From assembly GCF_006345805.1 (NCBI RefSeq), contig NC_042999.1, forward strand, positions 69,502,001 to 69,566,000: a stretch of 64,000 nucleotides of DNA. The letters run 5' to 3'. Made by a program: the position numbers and the translations under genes. The DNA is from Octopus sinensis. Lineage: Eukaryota. Positions 54,401 to 62,900 of this stretch are shown here, one piece after another. The notes under the pieces are model-generated. The model did not search any database. It worked only from the letters and a program-made list of their open reading frames with translations, and had not been told where the DNA came from. Every line of letters starts with the position of its first letter. Position 1 is the stretch's first letter.

Positions 54401-54918
54401 GACTTAACAGTTTGGCAAAAGAGAACAATAGAATAAGTATCAGGCTTTAAAGAAAGATAATTATTGGGGTCCATTCATTTGACTAAAATTTCTTCAAGGC
54501 AGTGCCCCAGCATGGCCACAGTCTAATGACTGAAACAAGTAAAATATAACAAAAACTGTTTTATTCTCAACACTTAATCTCAGATCAAACCAAAATCCAA
54601 ACAGTTACATTTGAAAAGCTTTTATTATGAATCTAATTGTTCCAGTTAGGTCATCTAATCTAAATACATGATTTAATTAGCTTTGTGGATGAGTCATAAA
54701 TTGAAATTATATTTTAAAATATAAATATAAGTGATATATAGGTGTTTCTGTTAAAACAATAAACAGCTTTGCTTTTTATGAAGTACTTACAGAAAGACTT
54801 GTGAGAGAATTTCGAGACAAATCCAGCACCTTCAGACGACTGAATTTCCTCAAAGACTTTCCAACAGAAGTAATTTTATCCTGGTAGGAACCAGGTAATG
54901 ACAGAGACTTGACATCTT
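634..54918 (-). CDS. CEP72: Centrosomal protein CEP72 (CEP72/LRRC36 family), multi-exon, partial at both ends; 14 exons listed separately
   Basis: The spliced product reads DVKSLSLPGSYQDKITSVGKSLRKFSRLKVLDLSRNSLTSLS-GLEHLKLLEKLNL-YYNNIASLEELKVL...LDLRLNPVTRNDPDYRLYLIQLLPNLQKLD-DRCIRDRERQSAQLHF (LRR plus LRRcap). Later motifs FTPQP, DFVDKYWNGAQSLH and LADMLQESH match CEP72 as I remember it. All junctions are GT-AG and in phase. Confidence 0.93.
2985..3345. repeat. (GTG/GTT)n low-complexity minisatellite with a unit of about 18 bp
   Basis: gtggtggtgtttgt(g/a)... repeated directly. Confidence 0.95.
5759..5888 (-). CDS. CEP72: CEP72 exon (about 130 nt), coiled coil; donor uncertain
   Basis: gttgtgtag|GTTTGTCTG; VCLKTQLEQCLEENKKLREDLQW...TTQC; the only phase-1 donor I found is the weak A|GTTCAG. 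Confidence 0.75.
6074..6538. mobile_element. Tandem pair of piggyBac-type MITEs (6074-6296, 6317-6538); other copies at 889-1092, about 34575-34803 and 34835-35044, partial at about 23340-23540 and 36870-37080
   Basis: About 220-bp AT-rich repeat bounded by TTAA|CCC(TT)...(AA)GGG|TTAA. Confidence 0.8.
7283..7452 (-). CDS. CEP72: CEP72 exon (170 nt)
   Basis: attatttcag|CCATAGCA...GACGTG|gtaaaa; IAKNLIEKHMAQ...THPDV; phase 1 to 0. Confidence 0.85.
7735..8060 (+). mobile_element. Degenerate CR1/Jockey-group LINE 3' fragment
   Basis: KAQVKPTME..IQRR..LQPLAH..SFFPRTS-like remnants across shifted frames. Confidence 0.5.
8755..9621 (-). mobile_element. Internally deleted Tc1/mariner DD37D (maT-type) remnant
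   Basis: GRPYVWQQD...IWPPNSPDCNPLDYYVWG with 37 residues between the 2nd and 3rd Asp; end CAGGGTG next to TA at 9621-9623; N-terminal coding part missing. Confidence 0.85.
10645..11802 (+). mobile_element. 5'-truncated R4/Dong-like non-LTR element (RT C-terminus, zinc knuckle, restriction-like endonuclease)
   Basis: HPKANVNRLYTKRKNGGRRL, RCHDKV..LHW, RWPDLVIL..IIDVAIP, GALG; ORFs 10607-11035 and 11042-11722 are in the same frame, split by one TGA; (AAT)n at both ends. Confidence 0.9.
13456..14150 (+). mobile_element. Penelope-like element, single copy split by an RTE 3' insertion (about 13671-14109)
   Basis: aaacaagat|gaggacaaat rejoins across the insertion; mutated hammerhead at 13613-13655; starts with a 10-bp fold-back GCCATATGCC-caca-GGCATATGGC. 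Confidence 0.7.
14008..14049 (+). ncRNA. Minimal type I hammerhead motif, family 2 (C3 mutated to U); inverted copy at 12437-12478 (-) has U16.1 mutated to C
   Basis: ACUGUG-(U/C)UGAUGA-GGUC[caaua]GAUU-GAA-ACAUGU-C-UAUAGU. Confidence 0.6.
19563..19716 (-). CDS. CEP72: CEP72 exon (154 nt)
   Basis: ttaaactcag|TCTTCT...TTCAAAT|gtaagt; ...DRLLLKIMDFVDKYWNGAQSLHRNVKFK; phase 0 to 1. Confidence 0.93.
21316..21672 (+). mobile_element. Short 3' fragment of a second R4/Dong-like subfamily
   Basis: KVERYDRLAWEVKQLW..VVPIIVGALE..LQKTALL; flanked by (AAT)n. Confidence 0.8.
23664..23827 (-). CDS. CEP72: CEP72 exon (164 nt), Q/H-rich
   Basis: atctaaag|GACACACT...TTAAAA|gtatgt; HTADNG...QQQQN...QHQQQEQQQQHLK...ALK; phase 1 to 0. 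Confidence 0.82.
25617..25797. repeat. Degenerate (GAT)n array, the expanded tail of an RTE fragment
   Basis: Follows ..ggatgttaaat; ends about 25 nt from the CEP72 donor at 25821. Confidence 0.9.
25822..25904 (-). CDS. CEP72: CEP72 exon (83 nt)
   Basis: tttcattag|ATTTGCA...CAACCAG|gtgagt; FAVPISHQEEVEAYSKYTGRSTFTPQP; phase 2 to 1. Confidence 0.9.
26310..26720 (-). mobile_element. Degenerate L1/Tx1-like 3' fragment; related pieces at about 48070-48760 and 50210-50830
   Basis: Shared sequence between copies (YHICKACLN / HVWKARLN; GVYNLL) and an AT-rich 3' UTR with AATAAA. Confidence 0.5.
29701..30087 (+). mobile_element. tRNA-derived SINE family 1 (representative copy). More than 20 copies, e.g. 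40-610, 16690-17085, 17695-18095, 18253-18620, 25995-26290, 27495-27990, 33270-33665, 46500-46810, 54245-54545, 55430-55920
   Basis: Head ggtgtggctgtgtggtaagaag..ggttcagtccc (A/B-box-like), core accttgggcaagtgtctt, internal (TA/CA)n, tail gcatggccgcagtc.aatgactgaaacaagtaaaaga. Confidence 0.85.
30470..32190. mobile_element. Penelope-like element, inverted pair, interrupted by the mariner
   Basis: ttatttacaatggacaaata|ggtgtccccatcttg rejoins across the mariner; degenerate hammerheads at about 31812-31858 (-) and 32063-32108 (+). Confidence 0.7.
30496..31787 (+). mobile_element. Full-length (1292 bp) mariner DD34D transposon, transposase decayed
   Basis: 37-bp TIRs CGAGGG..CCCCTGACCCACTT with 3 mismatches; TA duplication (30494-95, 31788-89); ATG at 30663; motifs QDETW, QDNAP, YSPDLAPSDF; frameshifts near 30786 and 31490; stop at 31015. 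Confidence 0.95.
32751..32884 (-). CDS. CEP72: CEP72 exon (134 nt)
   Basis: ttatcctttcag|AGCAGAG...ACCAA|gtaaac; SRVTSEDAANSEK...AQTYQT; phase 0 to 2. Confidence 0.85.
37559..37617 (-). CDS. CEP72: CEP72 exon (59 nt)
   Basis: ttatttttag|CCCTGAAA...GCTAAT|gtgagt; LKQMKSKEPSDPKQTTNAN; phase 1 to 0. Confidence 0.85.
38070..38770 (-). mobile_element. 5'-truncated RTE 3'-UTR copy with about 8 tandem 63-66 bp units (representative of about 30 RTE 3'-end copies)
   Basis: (cat)n-tttcacgtccgttttccatgctggcatgggttgg.. matches 58512-58960 of the long element. Confidence 0.85.
39240..39475 (-). mobile_element. tRNA-derived SINE family 2 (representative copy). About 16 copies, e.g. 12945-13370, 14605-15040, 22160-22410, 28910-29235, 43300-43505, 49090-49305, 56640-56990
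   Basis: Head ggcggc.agctggcagaatcattagcac..gagttcaaattccgcc; core ttcatcctttc.gggtcgataaataagtaccag (Meta-domain-like from memory). Confidence 0.85.
39600..39702. mobile_element. hAT/Charlie-type MITE remnant
   Basis: GTGGTGGTTCCCAACC...GGTTGGAAACCCG termini; similar 8-mers atttagag / gtttagaa at the ends. Confidence 0.55.
39990..40370. repeat. Degenerate (TG/TATG)n tract; one of many (TA)n, (CA)n, (CT)n and (TAGA)n microsatellites
   Basis: Read directly; other examples at 4203-4243, 10271-10320, 19255-19330, 27710-27768, 46071-46121, 51370-51435. Confidence 0.95.
40690..41175. mobile_element. Penelope-like element, inverted pair (long minus arm, short plus arm)
   Basis: Hammerhead module at about 40737-40782 (-) and 41059-41104 (+); minus arm includes an ORF remnant CRIWEPVLRKVIKIFGL*. 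Confidence 0.7.
43869..43922 (-). CDS. CEP72: CEP72 exon (54 nt)
   Basis: ttattaag|GAGAAGAT...GAGATAC|gtaagg; EDMKYRVKWRNENRCEI; phase 1 to 1; weak pyrimidine tract; could be skipped without changing frame. Confidence 0.65.
46836..47211. mobile_element. MITE-like element (about 375 bp), superfamily unassigned
   Basis: CCCCATTAAAAAATTG..ATTATCTCCC at left is an imperfect inverse of AGGGGAGACAACCCAATTTTTTAATGGGG at right. Confidence 0.6.
47244..47366 (-). CDS. CEP72: CEP72 exon (123 nt)
   Basis: gtgttttttag|TATTCAGT...TTTGAAG|gtaaac; VFSDDISVLDILDPT...EEYSFE; phase 1 to 1. Confidence 0.85.
47410..48040. mobile_element. Penelope-like element, divergent inverted pair; each arm has a tRNA-like box, (TAA)n and a hammerhead
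   Basis: 47410-47710 is an imperfect reverse complement of 47710-48040; CTGATGA..GAAA core in both arms. Confidence 0.75.
47475..47520 (-). ncRNA. Minimal type I hammerhead ribozyme motif, family 1, core intact
   Basis: GACAC-CUGAUGA-A-GGCUG[gaggguauau]CAGCU-GAA-ACGU-U-GUGUU: stem I, stem II, palindromic ACGU helix III, GUU triplet. Confidence 0.75.
49491..49640 (-). CDS. CEP72: CEP72 exon (150 nt, or 144 nt with donor at 49497)
   Basis: tatatgcag|ATGATCGC...; DDRCIRDRERQSAQLHFSE...KSLVCGK; two in-phase donors 6 nt apart. Confidence 0.9.
49690..50208 (+). mobile_element. (TAA)n-tailed retroelement 3' region; second copy at about 15085-15260
   Basis: Both copies end ...tactgggcttc.tatattttaccccagtgtcactttgatggcatgca.tgct.tc.cactcAATAATAAT; the 49.7 kb copy is also preceded by (AAT)n. 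Confidence 0.65.
51544..51698 (-). CDS. CEP72: CEP72 exon (155 nt), LRR/LRRcap
   Basis: tctcag|ATATTAC...AAACTAG|gtatgg; YYNNIASLEEL...PDYRLYLIQLLPNLQKL; phase 2 to 1. Confidence 0.95.
51699..53420 (-). other. U12-type (minor) GT-AG intron, 1722 nt
   Basis: 5' splice site GTATCCTTT (53420-53412); branch-like TCCTTAA (51719-51713) about 15 nt from the 3' AG; no pyrimidine tract. Confidence 0.85.
52014..52252. mobile_element. Tc1/mariner-type MITE (239 bp)
   Basis: TIRs CAGGGTGGCCCAAAAGTAGGTTTACAG / CTGTAAACCTACTTTGGGGCCATCCTG, followed by TA. Confidence 0.8.
53421..53458 (-). CDS. CEP72: CEP72 micro-exon (38 nt), LRR
   Basis: ttttgttgcag|GGTCTTGAA...AATCT|gtatccttt; GLEHLKLLEKLNL; phase 0 to 2. 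Confidence 0.93.
54791..54918 (-). CDS. CEP72: CEP72 exon (128 nt), LRR
   Basis: ttctttgcag|AAGATGTC...CTTTCT|gtaagt; DVKSLSLPGSYQDK...LDLSRNSLTSLS; phase 1 to 0. Confidence 0.95.
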
Positions 54919-55648
54919 CTGCAAAGAATAATTATGAATTAATTTCCAAATATTTGGAAGAAATTTATTAGAATATAAAAACACAAAATATTTAACCAGT
55001 GTTAAATAAAAAACAAAAGTTATTTGGCTATTTCACCTTGGATGCCACCTTCTCATTTTTTAGTTTTACAGTTATTTTCTCCTATTATGGTATAAATTAA
55101 TTTGGTTTCATTATCATCATCGTCATTGTTTAACATCTGTTTTCCATGCTGGCATGGGTTGAACGGTTTGACTGAGGTCTAGAGAGCCAGTGGCTGCACC
55201 AGGCTTGAATCTGATCTGGCAGTGTTTCTACAGCTTGATGTCCTTCCTATTGCCAACCACTCTGAGAGTGTAGTAGGTGCTTTTTACATGCCACTGGTAC
55301 AGGAGCCAGTCAGGGGGTACTGGCATCGATCACATTCAGATAGTGCTTTAAGCATTTAAATTGTCAATTCCAGTTGTAGAGAGGTAGATAGGTAGAATCC
55401 CAAACATTGGTTTTTGTGAAGATTGTGAGGTTAAGAAGCTCATTTTGCATCCACATCGTTTCAGGTTCAGTCTCACCGCACAGCACCTTGGGCAAGTATC
55501 TTTTGCTATAGTCCCAGGCTAACCAATATTTTGTAAGTGTATTTAGCAGACAGAATCTGTGTGAAAGACTATCATGTACACACACACACATACACTTATA
55601 TTTGGTTGAAAATTGAACAAAAACACAAAAAACAATAGGCAGAGACAG

Positions 55649-55720
<72 letters not shown>

Positions 55721-58511
55721 TGTGTGTGTGTGTCATCCACTACCACTTGACAACCAGTGTTGGTGTGTTTATGAACTTAGTGGTTTGACAGAAGAGACTG
55801 ATAGAATAAGTAACAGGTTTTATGAAGAATAATAAACACTGGGTTTGATTCATTCAACTAAACTTCTTTGAAGCAGTGCCCCAGCATGGCTACACACAAA
55901 TGACTGAAACAAGTTAAAAAAAACATTCAGACCTATTGAAGAATGCATCTGCCATCACTTGTTGCTATTTCACTGTTTACATTCCTGGACTTTTATTCAT
56001 CATGGAAATTCTCAATGCAGGAATAATTCACATTACTTCTCTCAATTGTTTGTCAATTTTTAGAGAATACCCCATTTAATCAACATTGTAATTATTGTAA
56101 TTATATTGTTAGTGAGAGAAAGCCTAAAGTTGGTAGAATTGTTAGCACATTGCACAAAATGGTTAGGCAAAGTCATTGAGTTCCTTTCGAGCATGGGCCA
56201 CATGGAGGGAAAGTGGCTGAGTTCCTTTCAAGCGTTGGGCTTCACGGCAGCAATGACTGAGGCCTTTGGCATTATTTTGTGTTTGAGAAGACCCATCAAG
56301 CCAAGCAAAATCACAGTCATGGCAAATACCGGTGTCATGCAAATTGGCACCCATGCCAGTGGCACGTAAATGCACCCCAATGTCATGCAAATGGCACCTG
56401 TGCCAGTAACATGTAAAAGTACCCATTACATTCTCAGAGTGGTTGGTGTTAGGAAGGTCATCCAGCCATAGAAAACCATACCAAATCAGAAAGGCATCTG
56501 GTGCAGCCTTCCAGCTTGCCAGCACTGGTAAAACCATCCAACCCATGCCAGCGTGGACAGCAGACGTTAAATGATGATGATGATGATGATGTATTTCACC
56601 AGCTCTTTACATTCTAAGATCAAATTTCAGCAAGATCAACTTTGCATGTCATCTTTTAAGGTCAATAAAATAAAGCACCAGATGACCACTGGGGTCAATG
56701 TAATCAACTTGCCCCCTCCCCTAAAATTACTGGCTTTGTGCCATATTTTGAAACAGTTCTTATTATTATCAAGGCAGCAAGCTGACAGAATCCTTAGCGC
56801 ATCAGACAAAATGCTTAGTGGCATTTATCCGGGCCCTTTATGTTCTGAGTTCAAACTCTACCAACTTTGCCTTTCATCCTTTCAGGGTCAGTAAAATAAG
56901 TAACAGTTAAACACTGGGATTGATGTAATCAACTTACCACTCTCCCCTAAAATTGCTGGCCTTGTGCCAAAATCTGAAATCATTATTTACGTGCCACTGG
57001 CATGTAAAAAGCACCATTCGAGCGTGGTCAATACCATTGCTAGCTGGTGGCACATAAAAAGCACCCATTACACTCACATACTGGTTGGCGTTAGGAAGGG
57101 CTTCCAGCTGTAGAAACTTTGCCAGGTCGAATTGAAGCCTGGTGTAGCCTTCTGGCTTGCCAACCTTCAGTCAAACCGTCCAACCCAATCCAGCATAGAA
57201 AGCAGATGTTAAACAATGACGGTGATGATGATGAGCTAGCAGATCTGTGAGAGTGTTGGATGCAAAGCCAGGTGGAATTTCTTCCAGCTGTTTACATCCA
57301 GAGTTCTAATTGGCCAAGGTCAACTTTTCCTTTCATCCTCTTAAATTTGATAAATTAAGAATCAATTAAACCCTAGCTTTCATATAACTGACTTTCCCCC
57401 ACTCACTAGAATTGCTGGCCCCAAAATTTGAAACCATTTGACTGGCTCCCTTGCCAGTGGCACGTAAAAAGCACCATTGAAGTGTGGTCGATGCCAGTTC
57501 TGCCTGACTGGCCCTTGTGCCAGTGGCATGTAAAAAGCACTCACTACACTCTCAGAGTGGTTGGCATTAGGAAGGGCATCCAGCTGTAGAAACATTGCCA
57601 GATCAGATTGGAGCCTGGTGCAGCCTCCTGGCTTGCCATTCCCCAGTCAAACCGTCCAATCCATGCCAACATGGAAAACGGATGCTAAACGATGATGATG
57701 AGGATGAGAAGGACAGTGAATTTTAGAATTACTGTGTTGAGGCAATGAATTGGTACAATTTCTTGGACATCAGACCAGACTATAGCGAATTGGTAGAATT
57801 TATAAAGTACCAGAAAAAATGGCAGTGGATTGGCAGAATGGGTAGAGCATCAGACAAAATATCTGTGTTTAGCTCTTTCACTTTACATTCTGATTTTATA
57901 TCTTACCATGGTCAAAACTGTCTTCCTCCTCCTCCTCCTCCCCCCTGCTTCTTCATCATCATCATCATCATCATCACCACCACCACCATCTAATGTTTAT
58001 TTTCCATGCTGGCATGGATTGGATGGCTTGACAGGAACTGGCCAGCTGGGAGGGCTGCACCAGGCTCCAGCTGTCTGTTCTGGCATAGTTTCTACAGTTG
58101 GATGCCCTTCCTAATGCAAACCACTTTACAGAGTGTAATGGGTGCTTTTTACATGGCGTCAGCACACCAATAAAGTATTAGTAAAGAACTGGATGTCCAT
58201 CTTAAACATCCTCTCCCCGAAACTTAACATATCATGTCTATGATTGACCCAACTGGTTTCAGTATTTTCTATCCCTTCATCAGGGATTGGTCATTCATTT
58301 TCCTAACAACAGAGACTAGTAGACCTCCCTTCTGTATAGGCTTTATTTCGGGGTCAATGAAATAAGTACCAGCTGAACACTAGGATCAATGTAATTGACT
58401 TACTCCCTCCCCCAAAATCACTGGCCTTGGGCCAAAATTTCGAACTGAGTGTTATTGTACAATTGTTTGATTTAAGATATGGTAATAAAATATGATTGCA
58501 TTTTTTATGTA

Positions 58512-61500
58512 CATCATCATCATCATCATCATCGTTTAACGTCCGCTTTCCATGCTAGCATGGGTTGGACGGTTCAACTGGGGTCTGGCAAGCCCGAAGG
58601 CTGCACCAGGCCAGTCAGATCTGGCAGTGTTTCTACAGCTGGATGCCCTTCCTAATGCCAACCACTCCGAGAGTGTAGTAGGGTGATTTTATGTGCCACC
58701 GACACAGGTGCCAGACGAGGCTGGCAGACGGCCACGCTCGGATGGTGTTTTTTATGTGCCACCGACACAGGTGCCAGACGAGGCTGGCTGACGGCCACGC
58801 TCGGATGGTGTTTTCTTATGTGTCACCGACACAGGTGCCAGACGGGGCTGGCGGACGGCCACGCTCGGATGGTGTTTGTTACGTGCCCTCAGCACGGAGG
58901 CCAGTCGTTGCGGTACTGGCTACGATCACGTTCGGATGGTTTTCTTATGTGCCACCGGCACTGGTACCACAAGGATACAAATTCCATTGATGTTCATCTA
59001 TTTTGATTTGGTTCGATTTGATTTGATTTGATTCGATTCGATTCTCACTTGCCTCAACAGGTCTTCACAAGTGTCACAAGAAGGAAGGTATGCACAGGTG
59101 GACTGACTACGTCCCAGGTAGGGGCCACGGATTATGGCTTCACTAGTCTTGCCGGGTCTTCTCACGCACAGCATACTTCCATAGGTCTCGGTCTCTAGTC
59201 ATTTCCATGGTGAGACCTAACGTCCGAAGGTCGTGCTTCACCACTTCGTCCCAGGTTTTCCTGGGTCTACCTCTTCCACGGGTTCCCTCAACTGCTAGGG
59301 ATTGGCACTTTCTCACACACCTATCTTCATCCATTCTCGCCACATGACCATACCAGCGCAATCGTCTCTCTTGCACACAACAACTGATGCTTCTTAGGTA
59401 CAACATTTCTCTCAAGGTACTAACGCTCTGTCGAGTAAGTACACTGACATTACACATCCATCGGAGCATACTGGCTTCGTTCCTCACAAGCTTACGCATG
59501 TCCTCAGCAGTCACGGCCCATGTTTCACTGCCATGTAGCATAGCTGTTCGTACACATGCATCATACAGTCTGCCTTTTACTCTGAGCGAGAGGCCTTTAG
59601 TCACCAGCAGAGGTAAGAGCTCCCTAAACTTTGCCCAGGCTATTCTTATTCTAGCAGTTACACTTTCAGCGCACCCGCCCCCACTACTGACTTGGTCTCC
59701 TAGATAGCGGAAGCTATCAACTACTTCTAGTTTTTTCCCCCGGAAAGTGACGGAAGTTGTTTTCTGCAGATTTTCGGAGGTCAATGCTCCAGAGCATCTG
59801 CCACATACAAAAACTATCTTCCCAGTTAGCCTACCTTTGACATTGCTGCACCTCTTATGTGTCCATAGCTTACACTGGTACATCTTATAGAGTTTCTACC
59901 TACACCTTTTCTACAGATCGAGCAGGGCCATCTTCCTGAGGATATTTGTGGATTTTCTAACTTTCTACTTATTAGTACTTTGGTTTTAGCTAGGTTGACT
60001 CTAAGGCCCCTCGATTCTAAACCCTCCTTCCACACCTGGAACTTCTCCTCCAGTTCTGATAGTGACTCAGCGATTAGAGTGAGGTCGTCAGCATAGAGGA
60101 GCTCCCAGGGGCAACCTGTCTTGAATTCCTCCACAATTGCCTGGAGGACTATGATAAATAGGAGGGGGCTGAGTACTGAACCCTGGTGGACCCCAACCTC
60201 TACCTTGAATTCTTCTGTGTACATGTTGCCAACTCTAACCTTACTTACGGCATCTCTGTACATGGCTTGCACAGCCCTCACCAGCCATTCATCTATCCCT
60301 AGTTTCCTCATTGACCACCAGATGAGGGATCGGGGGACCCTATCAAAGGCTTTCTCCATGTCAACGAAAGCCAGGTACAGGGGCTTATCTTTGGCTAGGT
60401 ATTTCTCCTGCAGCTGCCTTACCAGGAATATAGCATCAGTGGTGCTTTTCCCTGGGACAAACCCAAACTGCATCTCATCTAAACTAACTCTCTCTCTAAT
60501 TAGTTGGGCTATGACCCTCTCCGTAACCTTCATTACCTGATCCAACAGCTTGATACCTCTGTAATTATTTGTATCCAGGGCATCACCTTTACCTTTGTAG
60601 CAGTTGACTAGTATGCTGCTACACCAGTCATTGGGTATGACTCCTTCGTGTATCACTTGGTTGACTATACGGGTGACTAGGTTATAGCCGACACTGCCAG
60701 ATATTTTGAGCATCTCTGCAGTAATTCCTGATGGGCCTGGGGCTTTCCCTGTCTTCATGCTTCTAATTGCCTTAGCTACCACGGAACTATCAACTCGGAT
60801 AGCTGGTCCCTCTGTTGGGTCAACATTCGGCAGACTCTCTTTATCCCATTCATTTTCTTTATTCAGCAACCTTTCATAGTGGCATCTCCAAACCTCTCTC
60901 TTTGCATCCTCATTTAGCGCAAGTGAACCATCATCCATGCGAACACACTTCTCTCCTACCACATCACGATTCTCTCTCACACACTGTCTTGCAACACGAA
61001 ATACCTCAAGTCTTTCATCCTCACGGCTCAGAACATTGGCAAATTTTTTCTTATCCGCTTCCCCTCTGGCTAAATAAACCTGTCTCCTAGCTTCCCTTTT
61101 GGCTGTCTGATACAATTCCCTGCTACCACCGTTCTTCCAGTCCTTCCAAGCCTGTCTCTTTTGTCTAATAGCCCTGTCAACCACAGTGTTCCACCACCAT
61201 GTTACTCTGGGTCGAGATGGTACTTTGCTCCATCCACAGATCTGGTCAGTGGCTGTCAGCAGATTGTCCCGTAGGAATCTCCAGTTGTCTTCCACATTAA
61301 GTGAAGCTATATCCCCTTCTATTTCGTCAGAGGCTTCGAGTAGTATGTCTCTAAATCTCTGTCCATTTGCAGGATCTTTAAGCTTCCAGACCCTTCTCCT
61401 CCAAGCTGGTCTTCTTCTGGGCAACCATTTAGCTCTGATCCTGAAGTCGCTAACTACTAATCTATGTTGGGGAGTACATTCTTCGCCTGGGAAGGTTTTG

Positions 61501-62335
61501 GCATTTATAATCAGCCCTCTTTCCCTTTTTCTGGCAAGGATGTAGTCAATCTGGCTGGTGTGTGTCTGCCAGAACGGTAGGTGACTAGGTGAGAGGTGGG
61601 TTTCCTGAAGTGGGTATTGCAGACCATAAGGTCATTTGCATCGCAGAACTCCAGCAGCCTGGTTCCTTCCTCATTTCGAGAGCCAAAACCATAGCCTCCA
61701 TGGACGCCATGGAAGCCCCCGACATGTCGTCCAACATGTCCATTGAAATCACCTGCCACGAAGAGAAGGTCACTGTCATTTGTCAATGAGGTAGTCCGCA
61801 ATAGGGTGTCATAGAATTGGTCTTTTTGTCCTTCCGGTAGCCCTGGTTGAGGGGCATATGCCGAGATGATGGTAGCTGTCCTATGGTGAAGAACTAATCT
61901 AATTTTAATTACTCTGTCACTTACTCTGACTACCTCGATTACCTTACCTACCCATTTCTCCGCAAGAAGTATACCCACGCCCCCGACTCCGTCAGTGTTC
62001 CCTGCCCAGAAAATCTTGTACCTGTGTTCCTTGCCTGTGAGGAGCCTAGCAGAACCTCCTCTCCACCTTACTTCCTGGATACAGCATACATCCACACGTC
62101 TCCGTTCAAGCAGCTCTACAATCTCTCCAGACCTACCTTTCAATGTGCCAACATTGAGCGTGCCAACTCTGAGGGTTTGGGAGGTGTGGGCATCAGAGAC
62201 CCTGGGACGAGGGACAGCCGTGTCATGTACCTGAAAAGAAAGCTTGCATTTGGCAGATTTCATATGGAAACTCTCGACTACAACCTGCATACTTTTCACA
62301 ATTTTTTGTGCTATATGTTCAGATAAACCCTTCAT
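58512..62335 (-). mobile_element. RTE-clade LINE, near full length: AP endonuclease + RT + PHD-like finger, 3' UTR, (GAT)n tail; two frameshifts
   Basis: Three overlapping ORFs (61511-62335 GTLNVGTL..DVCCIQEVRW..AGDFNGHVG; 59826-61424 YRGIKL..GVHQGSVLSPLLF..LYADD; 59143-59883 FRYLG..RRLRWYGHVARM). They join into about 1063 aa after removing a 2-nt AC slip near 61560 and restoring 1 nt near 59877. 5' end and TSD not identified. Confidence 0.95.
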
Positions 62336-62339
62336 AGGT

Positions 62340-62900
62340 GCTAGTGGGGGGGGGCAGTTTCCGGTATTTGGGTAGAAACTTCCGGTATTGGTGGTGGGGG
62401 TGGGGGTGGGAGGGTGGGCGACAAAATCGAAGCAACTAGTTTGAATACTATATTTGAGGGGGAGAAATAATTAATTAGATAAAAACTGAATGAAAGCCAG
62501 AGAGAGAATGAGTGAAAATAGATAAATAATAAAAAATACGGTAGAGAAAGAAAATAGATAAATAATGAAAAAAATACGGTAGGAAACGAGGGGGCATATT
62601 TTCGGAGGAGAATGGGATAAACATCGAAGATGGCTCTGAAGGAAAATAAACTTTAAAAATGCAATGCATGTAGTCGCCATGTTTAGAGAAGAGAAACGAA
62701 GGGAGAACAGATCAAGCTATCCAAACAAAACGCTTAAAAATATGAAAAGAGCAGGATGAGATTTGACTTAACTGGCCATATTTGGAAGTCTGTGTTTTCT
62801 CTGAAGGTGTAGCGAGTGAATGGGGATGGGATACGATCGCTGGCTGGCTTTTATAGGGGAATTAGGGAGTGGGACGGAAACACGAGAGAGAAAATACCAT
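62340..62900 (-). promoter_or_regulatory. Promoter-like region upstream of the RTE ORF
   Basis: CTATAAAAG (TATA at 62855-62849), two ACCGGAA motifs (62359-62387; one is CCGGAAGT), local CpG enrichment, G-runs at 62344-62418. Confidence 0.4.

Noticed and set aside
58490-58511. Target-site duplication for the long RTE
   Set aside because: No direct match longer than about 5 bp was found near 62.2-63.0 kb, so the 5' boundary is left undefined.
62471-62680. ORF starting aaacATGGCG as CEP72 exon 1
   Set aside because: No resemblance to a CEP72 N-terminus and no phase-1 donor; runs into low-complexity F/Y/I sequence.
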